A DNA stretch of 64,000 nucleotides from Deltaproteobacteria bacterium (GTDB taxonomy: Bacteria; Desulfobacterota; Syntrophia; Syntrophales; JAFGHS01), in assembly GCA_016930075.1 (NCBI GenBank), contig JAFGHS010000042.1, positions 30,641 through 94,640 of the forward strand. The letters are read 5' to 3'. The translations under genes were made by a program, and so were the position numbers. Within the stretch, counting starts at the first letter, position 1. The number at the start of each line of letters is the position of its first letter. The notes below the pieces were generated by a model. It was not told where the DNA came from. It made no database searches and saw only the letters and a program-made list of their open reading frames with translations. Below are positions 31,548 through 42,200 of this stretch, piece by piece.

Positions 31548-33230
31548 TTAGCCCTTTTCCCGGAAGGGGCCTGCGCTCCCGTGTCGGAACGTTTCGGTAA
31601 CGACGTTTGCCAGATGATCCCCGATCATGGTGTAAGGAAGCAGGACTTCGTTGGCGCCCCCCGCCTTCAGCGTGTCAATCTGATCGACGGAATCGGCCGT
31701 GGCGACGATTAAGGCGTTGGGCGCCACGGCGCGGCACATGGTCACGATGGACTCATTATTGGTACCCTTCAGAAGCATGTCGGGGATGGTGGAAAGGATC
31801 ATTTCGGCGCCGTCGATATGGGCGTGTTCCAGGGTGTCCATGCTGCTGATATCTCCGAAGACGGCCTTGATATTGCGTTGTTCGAGTTCTTTCAGAACTT
31901 CGAGGTTGTAATCAATCACCAGCATCTTTTTCAAAAGATCGGGCGCCGTCGTCTCCATGCGGTCGATGAACGACCTGGCCCCCCGGTGAAAACCAAGCAG
32001 GACAATCGGATAATGGTCTCCCGCTTCCTCCTCGGCGGCCTCTTTGAACTTGGAGCCGAAGCCTATTTTTGTGAGGAGGCGGTCAAACATCAGGTAGGCC
32101 TGGTGATTGCCGTTGATAAAATAGGAAGACAGAACCGATGTGATGGCCATGGCGTAGATAATCAGAGACATCATCCGCTGCTCGATATGGCCGTAACTCA
32201 CGCCCAAAGCCGCCACGACGAGGGAAAACTCGCTGATCTGGGAAAGGTTGAGGCTGGCGATAAAACAGGTCCGGCGTCCGCTTCCGGCAACAGCGAGGAG
32301 CGGATAAACCGTCAGGAAGCGGGAGACGATGACGAAGATGACGATCGCTGCGGCGGTGAGCAGCATGGACGGATCGGGCATGGGGATTTTCATGCCGATG
32401 GACAGAAAAAACAAGGTCAAAAAGAAATCCCGCAGGGGGAGAACTTTTGCCGTCACATGGATGCTGTACGGAAAGGTCGAGATGGCGACGCCGGCGATCA
32501 GCGCCCCCATTTCCATGGAAAGGCCGATCCATGCCCCCATGCCCGCCATGAACGCGCACCACGCAATGGACAGGGCCACCACCATTTCCGGCGTTTTTGA
32601 TATTTTTTCAAAAACCCAGCGAAGCAGGTATCTGCTGAGGATGAAGCCGATGGCGAGGAGGACCACGCTTTTCAGAAGGGCGATAACGACCGGAAGGAAT
32701 TGGGGATTCATAAACTGAGGCTGCAGGGCCAGAATCAGGATTGCCCAGAGATCCTGAAAAATGAGGATGCCCAAGGTAATGCGGCCCGGCAGGGTATCGA
32801 GTTCGAATTTGTCGTAGAGAAGCTTGACGACAATGGCCGTACTGCTTAAGGCGCAGAAGATGGCCAGATAGAGGGCGTCGATGCGTCCCTGGCCCAGGCC
32901 GTAACCCAAAAACATGAAAAAACCCACCCCGATGAGGACGCAGAAGACAAACTGGCCGACGCCCGCATAGATCAACTGCCGCCCCGATGAAAGAAGTTTT
33001 GTGGGATTGAGTTCCAGACCGATGATGAACAAAAGGAGAATCAGGCCGATTTCCGAAATGACCTGGATGTTTGCGGGATGGGAAACGAGCTTGAAGCCGA
33101 TTTCCGGTCCGATCAGGGCCCCCGCCACAAGATACCCCAGGATGACGGGCTGACGAAATATCTGAAATACAAAACCCAGGGCCGTAGCCACCAGAATAGA
33201 AATGCCGATTTCCGGGAGGATGCCGTGCAT
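31548..33230 (-). CDS. CPA2 cation:proton antiporter (Kef-type) with TrkA-N/RCK domain
   Basis: GYLVAG.LIGP, LLFIIGLE, LSSTAIVVK, IFQD, LRDFFLTLFF, QISEFS, C-terminal GDISS RCK. Confidence 0.92.
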   Translation of the reverse strand: MHGILPEIGISILVATALGFVFQIFRQPVILGYLVAGALIGPEIGFKLVSHPANIQVISEIGLILLLFIIGLELNPTKLLSSGRQLIYAGVGQFVFCVLIGVGFFMFLGYGLGQGRIDALYLAIFCALSSTAIVVKLLYDKFELDTLPGRITLGILIFQDLWAILILALQPQFMNPQFLPVVIALLKSVVLLAIGFILSRYLLRWVFEKISKTPEMVVALSIAWCAFMAGMGAWIGLSMEMGALIAGVAISTFPYSIHVTAKVLPLRDFFLTLFFLSIGMKIPMPDPSMLLTAAAIVIFVIVSRFLTVYPLLAVAGSGRRTCFIASLNLSQISEFSLVVAALGVSYGHIEQRMMSLIIYAMAITSVLSSYFINGNHQAYLMFDRLLTKIGFGSKFKEAAEEEAGDHYPIVLLGFHRGARSFIDRMETTAPDLLKKMLVIDYNLEVLKELEQRNIKAVFGDISSMDTLEHAHIDGAEMILSTIPDMLLKGTNNESIVTMCRAVAPNALIVATADSVDQIDTLKAGGANEVLLPYTMIGDHLANVVTETFRHGSAGPFREKG

Positions 33231-33269
33231 GTTTATAATCCTGTCTTAAAAATAATGATCATCATTTTA

Positions 33270-33404
33270 TGATGCCTTCGTAAAAAGTCGAGTTTTGGTC
33301 TTTTTTGTCATTCCCGTGAAAACGGGAATCCAGTCTTTTTAAGTGCTTACCTCTTCCTGGATTCCCGCCTGCGCGGGAATGACAGACTTTTTACGAGGTC
33401 GTCA
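33270..33404. repeat. Palindromic REP/MITE-like intergenic element, copy C
   Basis: Outer IR tcgtaaaaagtc/gactttttacga; inner gtcattcccg-N-cgggaatcc ... ggattcccg-N-cgggaatgac (ATTCCC-N8-GGGAAT cores). Confidence 0.85.
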
Positions 33405-33416
33405 ATTTTGCCGCCG

Positions 33417-33446
33417 AGTATAGGAAGGAACAGCCCTTTGTGTCAA
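33417..33446 (-). promoter_or_regulatory. Putative sigma70 promoter upstream of the antiporter
   Basis: TTGACA-18 bp-TATACT on the minus strand. Confidence 0.5.
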
Positions 33447-33492
33447 TGGAATATTTATCGAAGCGTCTTCAGCTCAAAAATGCCCGATTTTT

Positions 33493-34697
<1,205 letters not shown>

Positions 34698-34698
<1 letters not shown>

Positions 34699-35435
34699 TA
34701 CGCGGCCCTCCCGTTTTGTTTGTCCGATTCCACGAGCCCGTCGACAAAATGGACGATGCGCCGGGCATAAACCGCCATATCCGCATCATGGGTGACCATG
34801 ACGACGGTGATTCCCCGGTCGCGGTTGAGCGATGTGAGCAACTCCATGATCTCCCGGCTCCGGGCGCGATCCAGATTGCCCGTCGGCTCGTCGGCCAGGA
34901 GGACGGCGGGGTTGGTGACAATGGCGCGGGCGATGGCGACGCGCTGCTGCTGTCCCCCGGACAGCTCGCCGGGGGTGTGGGATTCCCAGCCTTTCAAACC
35001 GACCAGGTCCATGGCGCGGGCGGCCTCGGTCCTTCGCACCCGCGCCGCAGCACCCCGGTAGATGAGGGACAATTCCACATTTTCTATGGCCGATGTCCGG
35101 TTGAGGAGGTTGAAGCCCTGAAACACGAAACCCAGGTAATGGCGGCGCAGCAGGGCGCGCTGCTTGCGGGTCAGATTGCCGACCTCGACGCCCATAAACC
35201 GGTAGCTCCCTCCCGTCGGCGTGTCCAGACAGCCCAGGATGTTCATGCATGTGGATTTGCCGGAGCCGCTCGGCCCCATGACGGCCACGAACTCGCCTTC
35301 CTCAATGGTCAGGTCAACGCCGCCCAGGGCGGCCATCGCCGCCTGCCCCACCCCGTAAATCTTGGTGATTCCGGAAAAGGCGATCAGGGCCGGTTTGTTT
35401 TCTTTGTTTTCATCAGGTCGATGATCGGCGATCAT
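34698..35435 (-). CDS. ABC transporter ATP-binding protein
   Basis: [32 protein letters not shown]. Confidence 0.95.
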
Positions 35436-36733
35436 GGCGTCTTCCCTGTAAAATCAACCAAAATGGCCATGCCCGGTTTAATGTCGCCGGCCGTCACCTC
35501 CGTGACGCTGCCGTTGGTTGAACCGATGCTGATGCGAACGGCTATGGGCTTCCCGTTTTTCAATATCCAGACCTGCTGCTGTTTCTTGCGGCCAGCGGCT
35601 TGCGGGCGCGTTCTGGTTCCTATTCGGGGGGGCCTGGGCAGAAGAGAACCGACCAGGCCGCCGGAGGCTTTATTCTCATCCTTCAGGGCCTGCGAAGGCG
35701 GGGTAAAGCGCAAAGCGGCGTTGGGCACCAGAAGCACCTTTTCGAGGTTTTGGACGGTAATTTCCGCCGTCGCCGTCATGCCCGGCCGCAGGGCCAAATC
35801 GGTATTGTCCACCTTTAAAACCGTTTCATAGGTCACAACGCCGGACGTTGTCGTTGAACCGTAGCGGGCCTGGGTAATCTGCGCCTTAAACGCACGGTCC
35901 GGATAGGCCGAAACGCTGAACGCGGCCTTTTGCCCCTCCGCCACCTTGCCGATATCGGCTTCGTCCACATTCACGCGAAGCTCCATTTTGGTCAGATCCT
36001 CCGCCAGGGTGAAAAGGGTAGGGGCCTGCAGGGTTGCGGCGACGGTCTGACCGGGCTCGATGCTGCGGTTAAGGACAATGCCGTTGATGGGCGAGCGGAT
36101 GATGGCCTTGGCCATGTCCGTCCCATAGGTTTCGAGGACGGCCTCCGCCTGGGCGACGGCTGCTCTGGCGCTGCCTTCGTCCGCCAGGGCCCGCTCATGG
36201 GTCGCCTGTGCCGCATCCAGATCGGCCTGGGCCGGGATTTTGTTGTTGCTTATGCGCCGTAAATTCTGGAGCTGCGCCAGCTTTTGGCGCGCTTCCGTCA
36301 CCGTCGCCTGCGCCTGCCTGACCTTGCTCTTTGATGCCGCAAGAGAGGCTTTTGCCTGTGTGATCTGGGCATCCAGCCGCGACGTTTCGAGCCTGGCCAG
36401 AATCTGGCCGACCTTCACCCGGTCGTTGAAGTCGACCTCCACGCTCTTCACGATGCCGGACAGTTCGCTGCCCACGTCCACCTTGTTGGTCGGCTGGAGG
36501 GTTCCCGTCGCCGTCACGATGACCGTCAGATCGCCCAGTGTCGCCTCCTGGGTCTTGTACTGGACGCCATCGGACGTTCCCGTCATTTTCAGGATGACGG
36601 CGGCGGCTATCACCGCCAGCAAGACCAGAACGGCGATGATGATCCACGTCTTCCGGCGTTTTGGGCCGCCCGGCGCTGCATCAAGTTCGAGGGTCTCGGC
36701 GATGTTTGATTTTTCAAGGGGTTTCGATTCCAT
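35432..36733 (-). CDS. Efflux periplasmic adaptor subunit (MacA-like)
   Basis: N-terminal TM, VDVGSELSG, IRSPINGIV, VDEADIG, LRPGMTA, VPNAALRF. Confidence 0.93.
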   Translation of the reverse strand: MESKPLEKSNIAETLELDAAPGGPKRRKTWIIIAVLVLLAVIAAAVILKMTGTSDGVQYKTQEATLGDLTVIVTATGTLQPTNKVDVGSELSGIVKSVEVDFNDRVKVGQILARLETSRLDAQITQAKASLAASKSKVRQAQATVTEARQKLAQLQNLRRISNNKIPAQADLDAAQATHERALADEGSARAAVAQAEAVLETYGTDMAKAIIRSPINGIVLNRSIEPGQTVAATLQAPTLFTLAEDLTKMELRVNVDEADIGKVAEGQKAAFSVSAYPDRAFKAQITQARYGSTTTSGVVTYETVLKVDNTDLALRPGMTATAEITVQNLEKVLLVPNAALRFTPPSQALKDENKASGGLVGSLLPRPPRIGTRTRPQAAGRKKQQQVWILKNGKPIAVRISIGSTNGSVTEVTAGDIKPGMAILVDFTGKTP

Positions 36734-36742
36734 TTTTGTCTC

Positions 36743-38158
36743 CTAATGGTTTGCCAGGGGCGTCCAACCGCCCCCCAGGGCCTTGTACAGGCGCACCAGA
36801 TCGGCGGCTACGGCGCCTTTGCTTTGCGCCAGCTGATCCTGAAAAGAAAACAGCGACCGCTGGGCATCGAGAACCTCTCTGAAGTCCGCAAGGCCCGACG
36901 CGTATTTTTGTGCGGCCAGGTCGGCAGCCTCCCCGGCCGCTTGAATCGCCAGAAGCAGGGATTTGCGGTGCTGATGCTCCTGCGCGTACGCAACCAGAGC
37001 GTTTTCCACGTCTTCCAGGGCGTTGTAAACGGCGGCTTCATAAGCGATCAATGCCTGTTCCTGAAGGGCCGATTGAATTTCGACGTTGCGGCGGACGGCG
37101 CCGGCGTCGAAAATCCGCCACGAGACGCGGGGGCCGAGGCTGAGAACGCCCGTATCGGACACGTTTTTTAATGACAGGGTCTCGATGCCGATGGAGCCGG
37201 ACAGCGTGAATCGGGGGTAGTAGTCGGCCTGTGCAGCGCCGATGCGCGCCGTCTGGGCCGCCAGTTGACGCTCCGCCTTGCGGACGTCGGGCCGCTGCCG
37301 GAGAACATCGGCGGGCGTTCCGACGGCCGTTTCGATGGGCGCCTCGGGAACCGGCCCGGGTTCCTCAAGCGCCGCATGCAGAGCGCCCGGTTCTTCTCCC
37401 AAAAGAATCGCCAGACGATTTTTGGCTTCTTCAATGCCTTTTATCATATTGGGAACCTGAGCGCGGGAACTTTCCAGGGTATAGATCGATTGTTGCAGGG
37501 CCAGCGCGTCTTCCAGCCCGGCCTCATGACGCCACTTCACCAGCAGGGCCGCGTCTTCCTGCGCCGCCAGGCCGGCTTGCGCAGCCGCCAGGCGCGCCTG
37601 ATAGGTGCGCACATCCAGATAGGAAAGGGCTGCTTCGGCAAGCAGGGACACCAGAACATGATTCAATTCCTCGTTTGCCGCCTCGATTTCGGCGTCGGCC
37701 GCTTCGACGGAGCGTCGAACGCCGCCGAAGACATCCCATTCCCAGCTTGCGTCTAGGCCTGCGGCATAGAGGCTTGACGTCGTATCCGTCCCGGTTCTTC
37801 TCTCGGTGCGGGTCCGGTTCGCACGGGCCGAGGCGTCAACGGTCGGGTAAAAACCGGTTTCGGATATGCCCCGGCGGGCGCGGGCTTCATGCAGCCTTGC
37901 CTGCGCTTTTTTCAGGTCCCGGTTTCCCGCCGTCGCCCGTTCCATCAGCTCCGTCAGCTGCGGATCATGGAAAACCTGCCACCAGGCCGCCAGCCTCCGG
38001 GGATTTGTCTGTTGCTTTTCCTGCTCCAGAGGCGACCCGGCGCGCCAGTCTTTTGATACCGGCACGTCAGGACGGACATATTCGGGCCCGACGGCGGCGC
38101 AGCCGCAGAAAAACAAAACCGTCAGCAGAGCGTATATTGGAAGAAAATATTTAAACAT
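36743..38158 (-). CDS. NodT/OprM family outer membrane efflux lipoprotein
   Basis: Lipobox ..GC.AVGP.Y, WW..F.DP.L, RPDVR.AER, LYKALGGGW. Confidence 0.94.
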   Translation of the reverse strand: MFKYFLPIYALLTVLFFCGCAAVGPEYVRPDVPVSKDWRAGSPLEQEKQQTNPRRLAAWWQVFHDPQLTELMERATAGNRDLKKAQARLHEARARRGISETGFYPTVDASARANRTRTERRTGTDTTSSLYAAGLDASWEWDVFGGVRRSVEAADAEIEAANEELNHVLVSLLAEAALSYLDVRTYQARLAAAQAGLAAQEDAALLVKWRHEAGLEDALALQQSIYTLESSRAQVPNMIKGIEEAKNRLAILLGEEPGALHAALEEPGPVPEAPIETAVGTPADVLRQRPDVRKAERQLAAQTARIGAAQADYYPRFTLSGSIGIETLSLKNVSDTGVLSLGPRVSWRIFDAGAVRRNVEIQSALQEQALIAYEAAVYNALEDVENALVAYAQEHQHRKSLLLAIQAAGEAADLAAQKYASGLADFREVLDAQRSLFSFQDQLAQSKGAVAADLVRLYKALGGGWTPLANH

Positions 38159-38174
38159 AAGCGTTCCATTTTTA

Positions 38175-39053
38175 TTATGAGGAAAAAATCACTTTGCCCG
38201 TGTCTTTCAGATCATATCCGGGCAGGTTTTGGGAGATTTTTGTTACGATGGCGGGGTCCAGATAGTCAATGAAGCGCTTGATATAAAAGGTCGCCCAGAG
38301 TTCTTTCGGAACGACGAGGTCCAGACGCTCGTCTTTGAGGGGGATGAAATCAAGACCGAGGGGATGGGTAACATATTCAATCGCAATACCCGCATCGGCT
38401 TCGTTGAAAAAGACCTTCAGGGCGACTTCCATGTGGGTGTCGCAGGCGCCGACAATCCTAAGGGCCGCGTTTTCATCCGGGCCCTCTTTGCGCAGGAGGT
38501 ATTCGGTCAGGACCTGTGTTCCCGATCCGGTATTCCGCCCGGCAAAACGAACGCCCTTTTCAGAGCAGTCGCGCATTGCCTTGAGTCCCAGGGGATTGCC
38601 TTTTTTAACGATGAGCCCCTGTCTTCGATGCCAGAGATTGACGACGATGTATTTCTGACCGGACAGCACCCGCCCCAAATAGGGCAGGTTGTACTCGCCC
38701 GTTTCCATGTCGAGGATATGGGTCGAACAGGCCTGACACTTTCCCCGTGAGAGGGCCTCGACCCCCTTGGCGCTTCCCACGGGCGAGTAATAGGCGATGG
38801 ATTCGGGGATGTTTTCCCGCGAGTAGGCCGATAATAGACGGGAAAGAAGGACGTCGTCGCTGCCCACAATCAGGATGTCCTTCTGCCGCTGGACGTTTTC
38901 GTCGATCCAGCGCATCACATGATTGCGCGGAAAGAGCCACTTCCCCGCGATCCGCACCCGCGGAACCGTGCCGTCGCGGACAAGCTGATAGACCTTCTTT
39001 TCATTGAGCCGGAGCAATTGGGCCAGCTCTCTTGTCGTCAGCATGTCGTCCAT
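38175..39053 (-). CDS. Excisionase-type HTH + PBP-like (molybdate-binding family) transcriptional regulator
   Basis: MLTTRELA..L......VY HTH_17 pattern; GSDD, GS..G, RRQGLIV..GNP, R..GSGT, LGLDFIPL. Confidence 0.85.
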   Translation of the reverse strand: MDDMLTTRELAQLLRLNEKKVYQLVRDGTVPRVRIAGKWLFPRNHVMRWIDENVQRQKDILIVGSDDVLLSRLLSAYSRENIPESIAYYSPVGSAKGVEALSRGKCQACSTHILDMETGEYNLPYLGRVLSGQKYIVVNLWHRRQGLIVKKGNPLGLKAMRDCSEKGVRFAGRNTGSGTQVLTEYLLRKEGPDENAALRIVGACDTHMEVALKVFFNEADAGIAIEYVTHPLGLDFIPLKDERLDLVVPKELWATFYIKRFIDYLDPAIVTKISQNLPGYDLKDTGKVIFSS

Positions 39054-39123
39054 AGACCGGCACCTTATCATGAAATGCCGAATATTCCCAATTCTTTGTC
39101 AAGCGGATAAGGCGTCATGCTCC

Positions 39124-39152
39124 TTGCATTGCCGTGACAGATGGTTTATAAT
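39124..39152 (+). promoter_or_regulatory. Putative sigma70 promoter for PAS/HD-GYP gene
   Basis: TTGCAT-17 bp-TATAAT. Confidence 0.55.
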
Positions 39153-39293
39153 CCGGACGTCATGTTTTATCCGTTGCCGCCTTCATTTTTTTATTGACCG
39201 ATTCACAATGAAGGGATTTACTCATTATCTATGGAATATTAAAAATATGTGGAAAAAGGACACAATGGTCGGCGCTTCCAAAGGCATTTGTCA

Positions 39294-42200
39294 ATGAAAG
39301 AGGAAAGCAAAGCAAAAAGGCGGCTTATGAAGAAATCGGCCCCTCCCGATCAGCGTGCGGACGGGCGCAGGGGGAGTGCGCCTGAGATTAAGCCGACCGG
39401 CATGGCTCTGACCGAATCGGAAAAGAGATTCCGGAGTATCTTTGAGAACAGCAAAGAGGGGATCATCTTTTTCGACGGGAAAACGCAAAAGATCCTCCTG
39501 GCAAACGGAACCATGGCGCAATTGATGGGCTCATCCAAGGAGGAGCTAACCGGACGTTCCATTTCATCCCTCCATCCTGCGGAAGATTGGCCTGCCATTG
39601 AACAGGAGTTCCGGAAACATGCAAGCGGCGAAATTTCGGTTTCAACCGGCATCCCCATTATCCGCAATGACGGCTCCGTCTTCTATGCCGATATCCGTTC
39701 CAGCCTCATAACGCTTGAGGGCGCATCCTACTTTTCCGCCTTCTTTCAAGACATCACCGAACGCAAGAGATTTGAGGATTTACTGAATGAAGAGCAGCGG
39801 CAACTCAAGCTCGTTATCGATTCTGCGCCGATCATCATTTTCTATAAAGATAAAGAAGGAAAATTCATTCGCGTCAATAAGGCATTTGCCGAAAGGCTCG
39901 ATATGCCGGAGGAGGCTTTTGTGGGGAAAACGGTCTTTGACCTGTATGACTCTCACATTGCCCAGGGGATGACGGACGACGATCTGGAGGTTTTGCAGTC
40001 CCGGAGTTCCAAACTCGACATCATAGAACAATATGAATCGGCAGACGGTCTTAGATGGATACAAACGGACAAGATTCCTATCTTTGACGGCCAGGGCGAA
40101 GTTGCCGGCCTGTTGGGTTTTGCACAGGACATTACGGGGCGCAAACAGGCTGAGGAGGCGCTCACGGAGTCGGAGGGGCGTTATCGTTCCCTTTTCGAGA
40201 ACAGCGCGGACGCCATTTTGCTGACTGCTCCCGACGGCCGAATTTTCCGGGCCAATCCCGCCGCCTGCCGGATGTTCGGGCGCACGGAAGATGAAATCGT
40301 CAAGATAGGCAGAAACGGGATTATCGATCAGAACGATCCGCGATTAGATGCGGCCCTTCATGAGAGAGATCGGACCGGAAGATTCAGAGGGGAACTCACC
40401 CTTCTGCGGGGCGACGGCCGGCCATTCCCCGGCGAGGTGACGTCTGCTGTGTATCTTGGGGAGGACGGGCAGCCCAGAACTTCCATGATCATCCGCGACA
40501 TTACGGACACGGTTCAGATTCGGGCTGCATTGCGGGAGAGCGAAGCAAAATACCGGTCCATTGTTGAAACGATAGAAGACGGTTTTTATGAAACGGATCT
40601 GGCCGGTAGATTGACCTTTTTCAATGAAGGACTCATACGGCAGTTAGGATACTCAAGGGCGGAATTGATGGGCATGGGTTACCGCCAATATGCCGATGGG
40701 GAGAACGCTAAAATAATATTCCGGGTATTTAACAGGGTTTACCGCACCGGGGAATCATCCAAAGGCGTACGGTACGACGTGATTACCAAAGCAGGCGAGA
40801 AAAAGGCCATCGAAACCTCCGTCGTCCTGATAAGGGATGCGGCCGGAAATCCCGTCGGTTTCCGCGGCATTACCCGTGATATTACAGAGATCCGGCAAAC
40901 GGAACAGGCCCTGCAAAAAAGCGAAGAGCGGTTTCGCATCGCCGCCGAATGCACCAGCGATTTTGTTTCCGAGTGCGACATCGAAACGGGCCGATTCGAG
41001 TGGTTCGGCGACGCCGCCCTGAGACTCATGCAACTCTTCGGGGAAATTCCCGAAACGCCTGAAGCTTTGGACAAATTCATCCATCCCGAGGACCGTAATC
41101 GCGTCAGGCAGGCTATCCGGAAGCATTTGCGGGATGGGGAGAAATATCTGATGGAATACCGGATGGTGAATCAGGAAGGGACGACCGTTCATTTCCGGGA
41201 CGCCGGAATGGCCTTGCGGAATAGCGAAGGGAGGGCCTATAAGTGGATCGGCACCTTAACTGATATCACGGTGAGCAAACAGGCGGCGGAGGCCCTGCGC
41301 ACCAGTGAAGAACTTTTTCGCCTGGCCGCCGAAAGCACCAGCGATTTTGTTTACGAGTGTGATCTTGAAACAGGTCGGTTTCATTGGTTCGGCGATGCCG
41401 CTCCCAGGCTCATTCAGCTCTTAGGGGAAGTGCCCGAGACGGCCAGAGACTTTGACAGATATACCCATCCTGAGGACTATGAACTCGTCAGAAAGGCAAT
41501 CAGAGACCATTTGCGGGAAGGGGAAAAGTATTTAGTTGAATATCGGGCCACCGGCGCGGAAGGAAAACCCCTCCACCTTCGGGGCGCTGCGACCACTCTC
41601 AGAGACAGTGAAGGGAGGGCGTATCGATGGATCGGCACCGTTACCGACATCACGGAACGTAAGCAGGCGGAAGAAGCCCTGCGAATCAGCGAGGAGCGTT
41701 TCCGCCTTGCCGCCGAAAGCTCCAACGACATTATTTGCGAGATCGACGGTGAAACAGGTCGGTATGAATGGTTCGGCGATGCCCCAAAAAGACTCGCTCA
41801 ACTTTTGGGAGAGGCCCCCGCCACGGTTGCCGACTTTCGGCGCTTTATTCATCCCGATGATATTGATCGCGTTAAAAAGGCAACCAGCCGGCATTTGAGC
41901 GAAGGGGGACAATATCGGGAAGAATACCGGGTGATCAACACAAAAGGTCAGATTCTCCATTTCCTCGGTGCCGGAAAGGGCTTATATAATGACCAAGGGA
42001 GGGCCTATCGATGGATCGGAACCCTGAGCGATATCACGGAAAGCAAACAGGCCGAGGCGGCCCTGCAAAACAGCGAAGAGCGCTTCCGCCTTGCCGCCGA
42101 AAGCGCCAACGATATGATTTTCGAGATTGACGTCAGAACATCCCGATATGAATGGTTTGGCGATGCGGGCGAGCGGATCATGCATCTTTTGGGCGAGATT

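Noticed and set aside
38175-39053. Prophage/ICE excisionase
   Set aside because: The HTH is fused to a PBP-like domain and there are no integrase or phage genes in the window.
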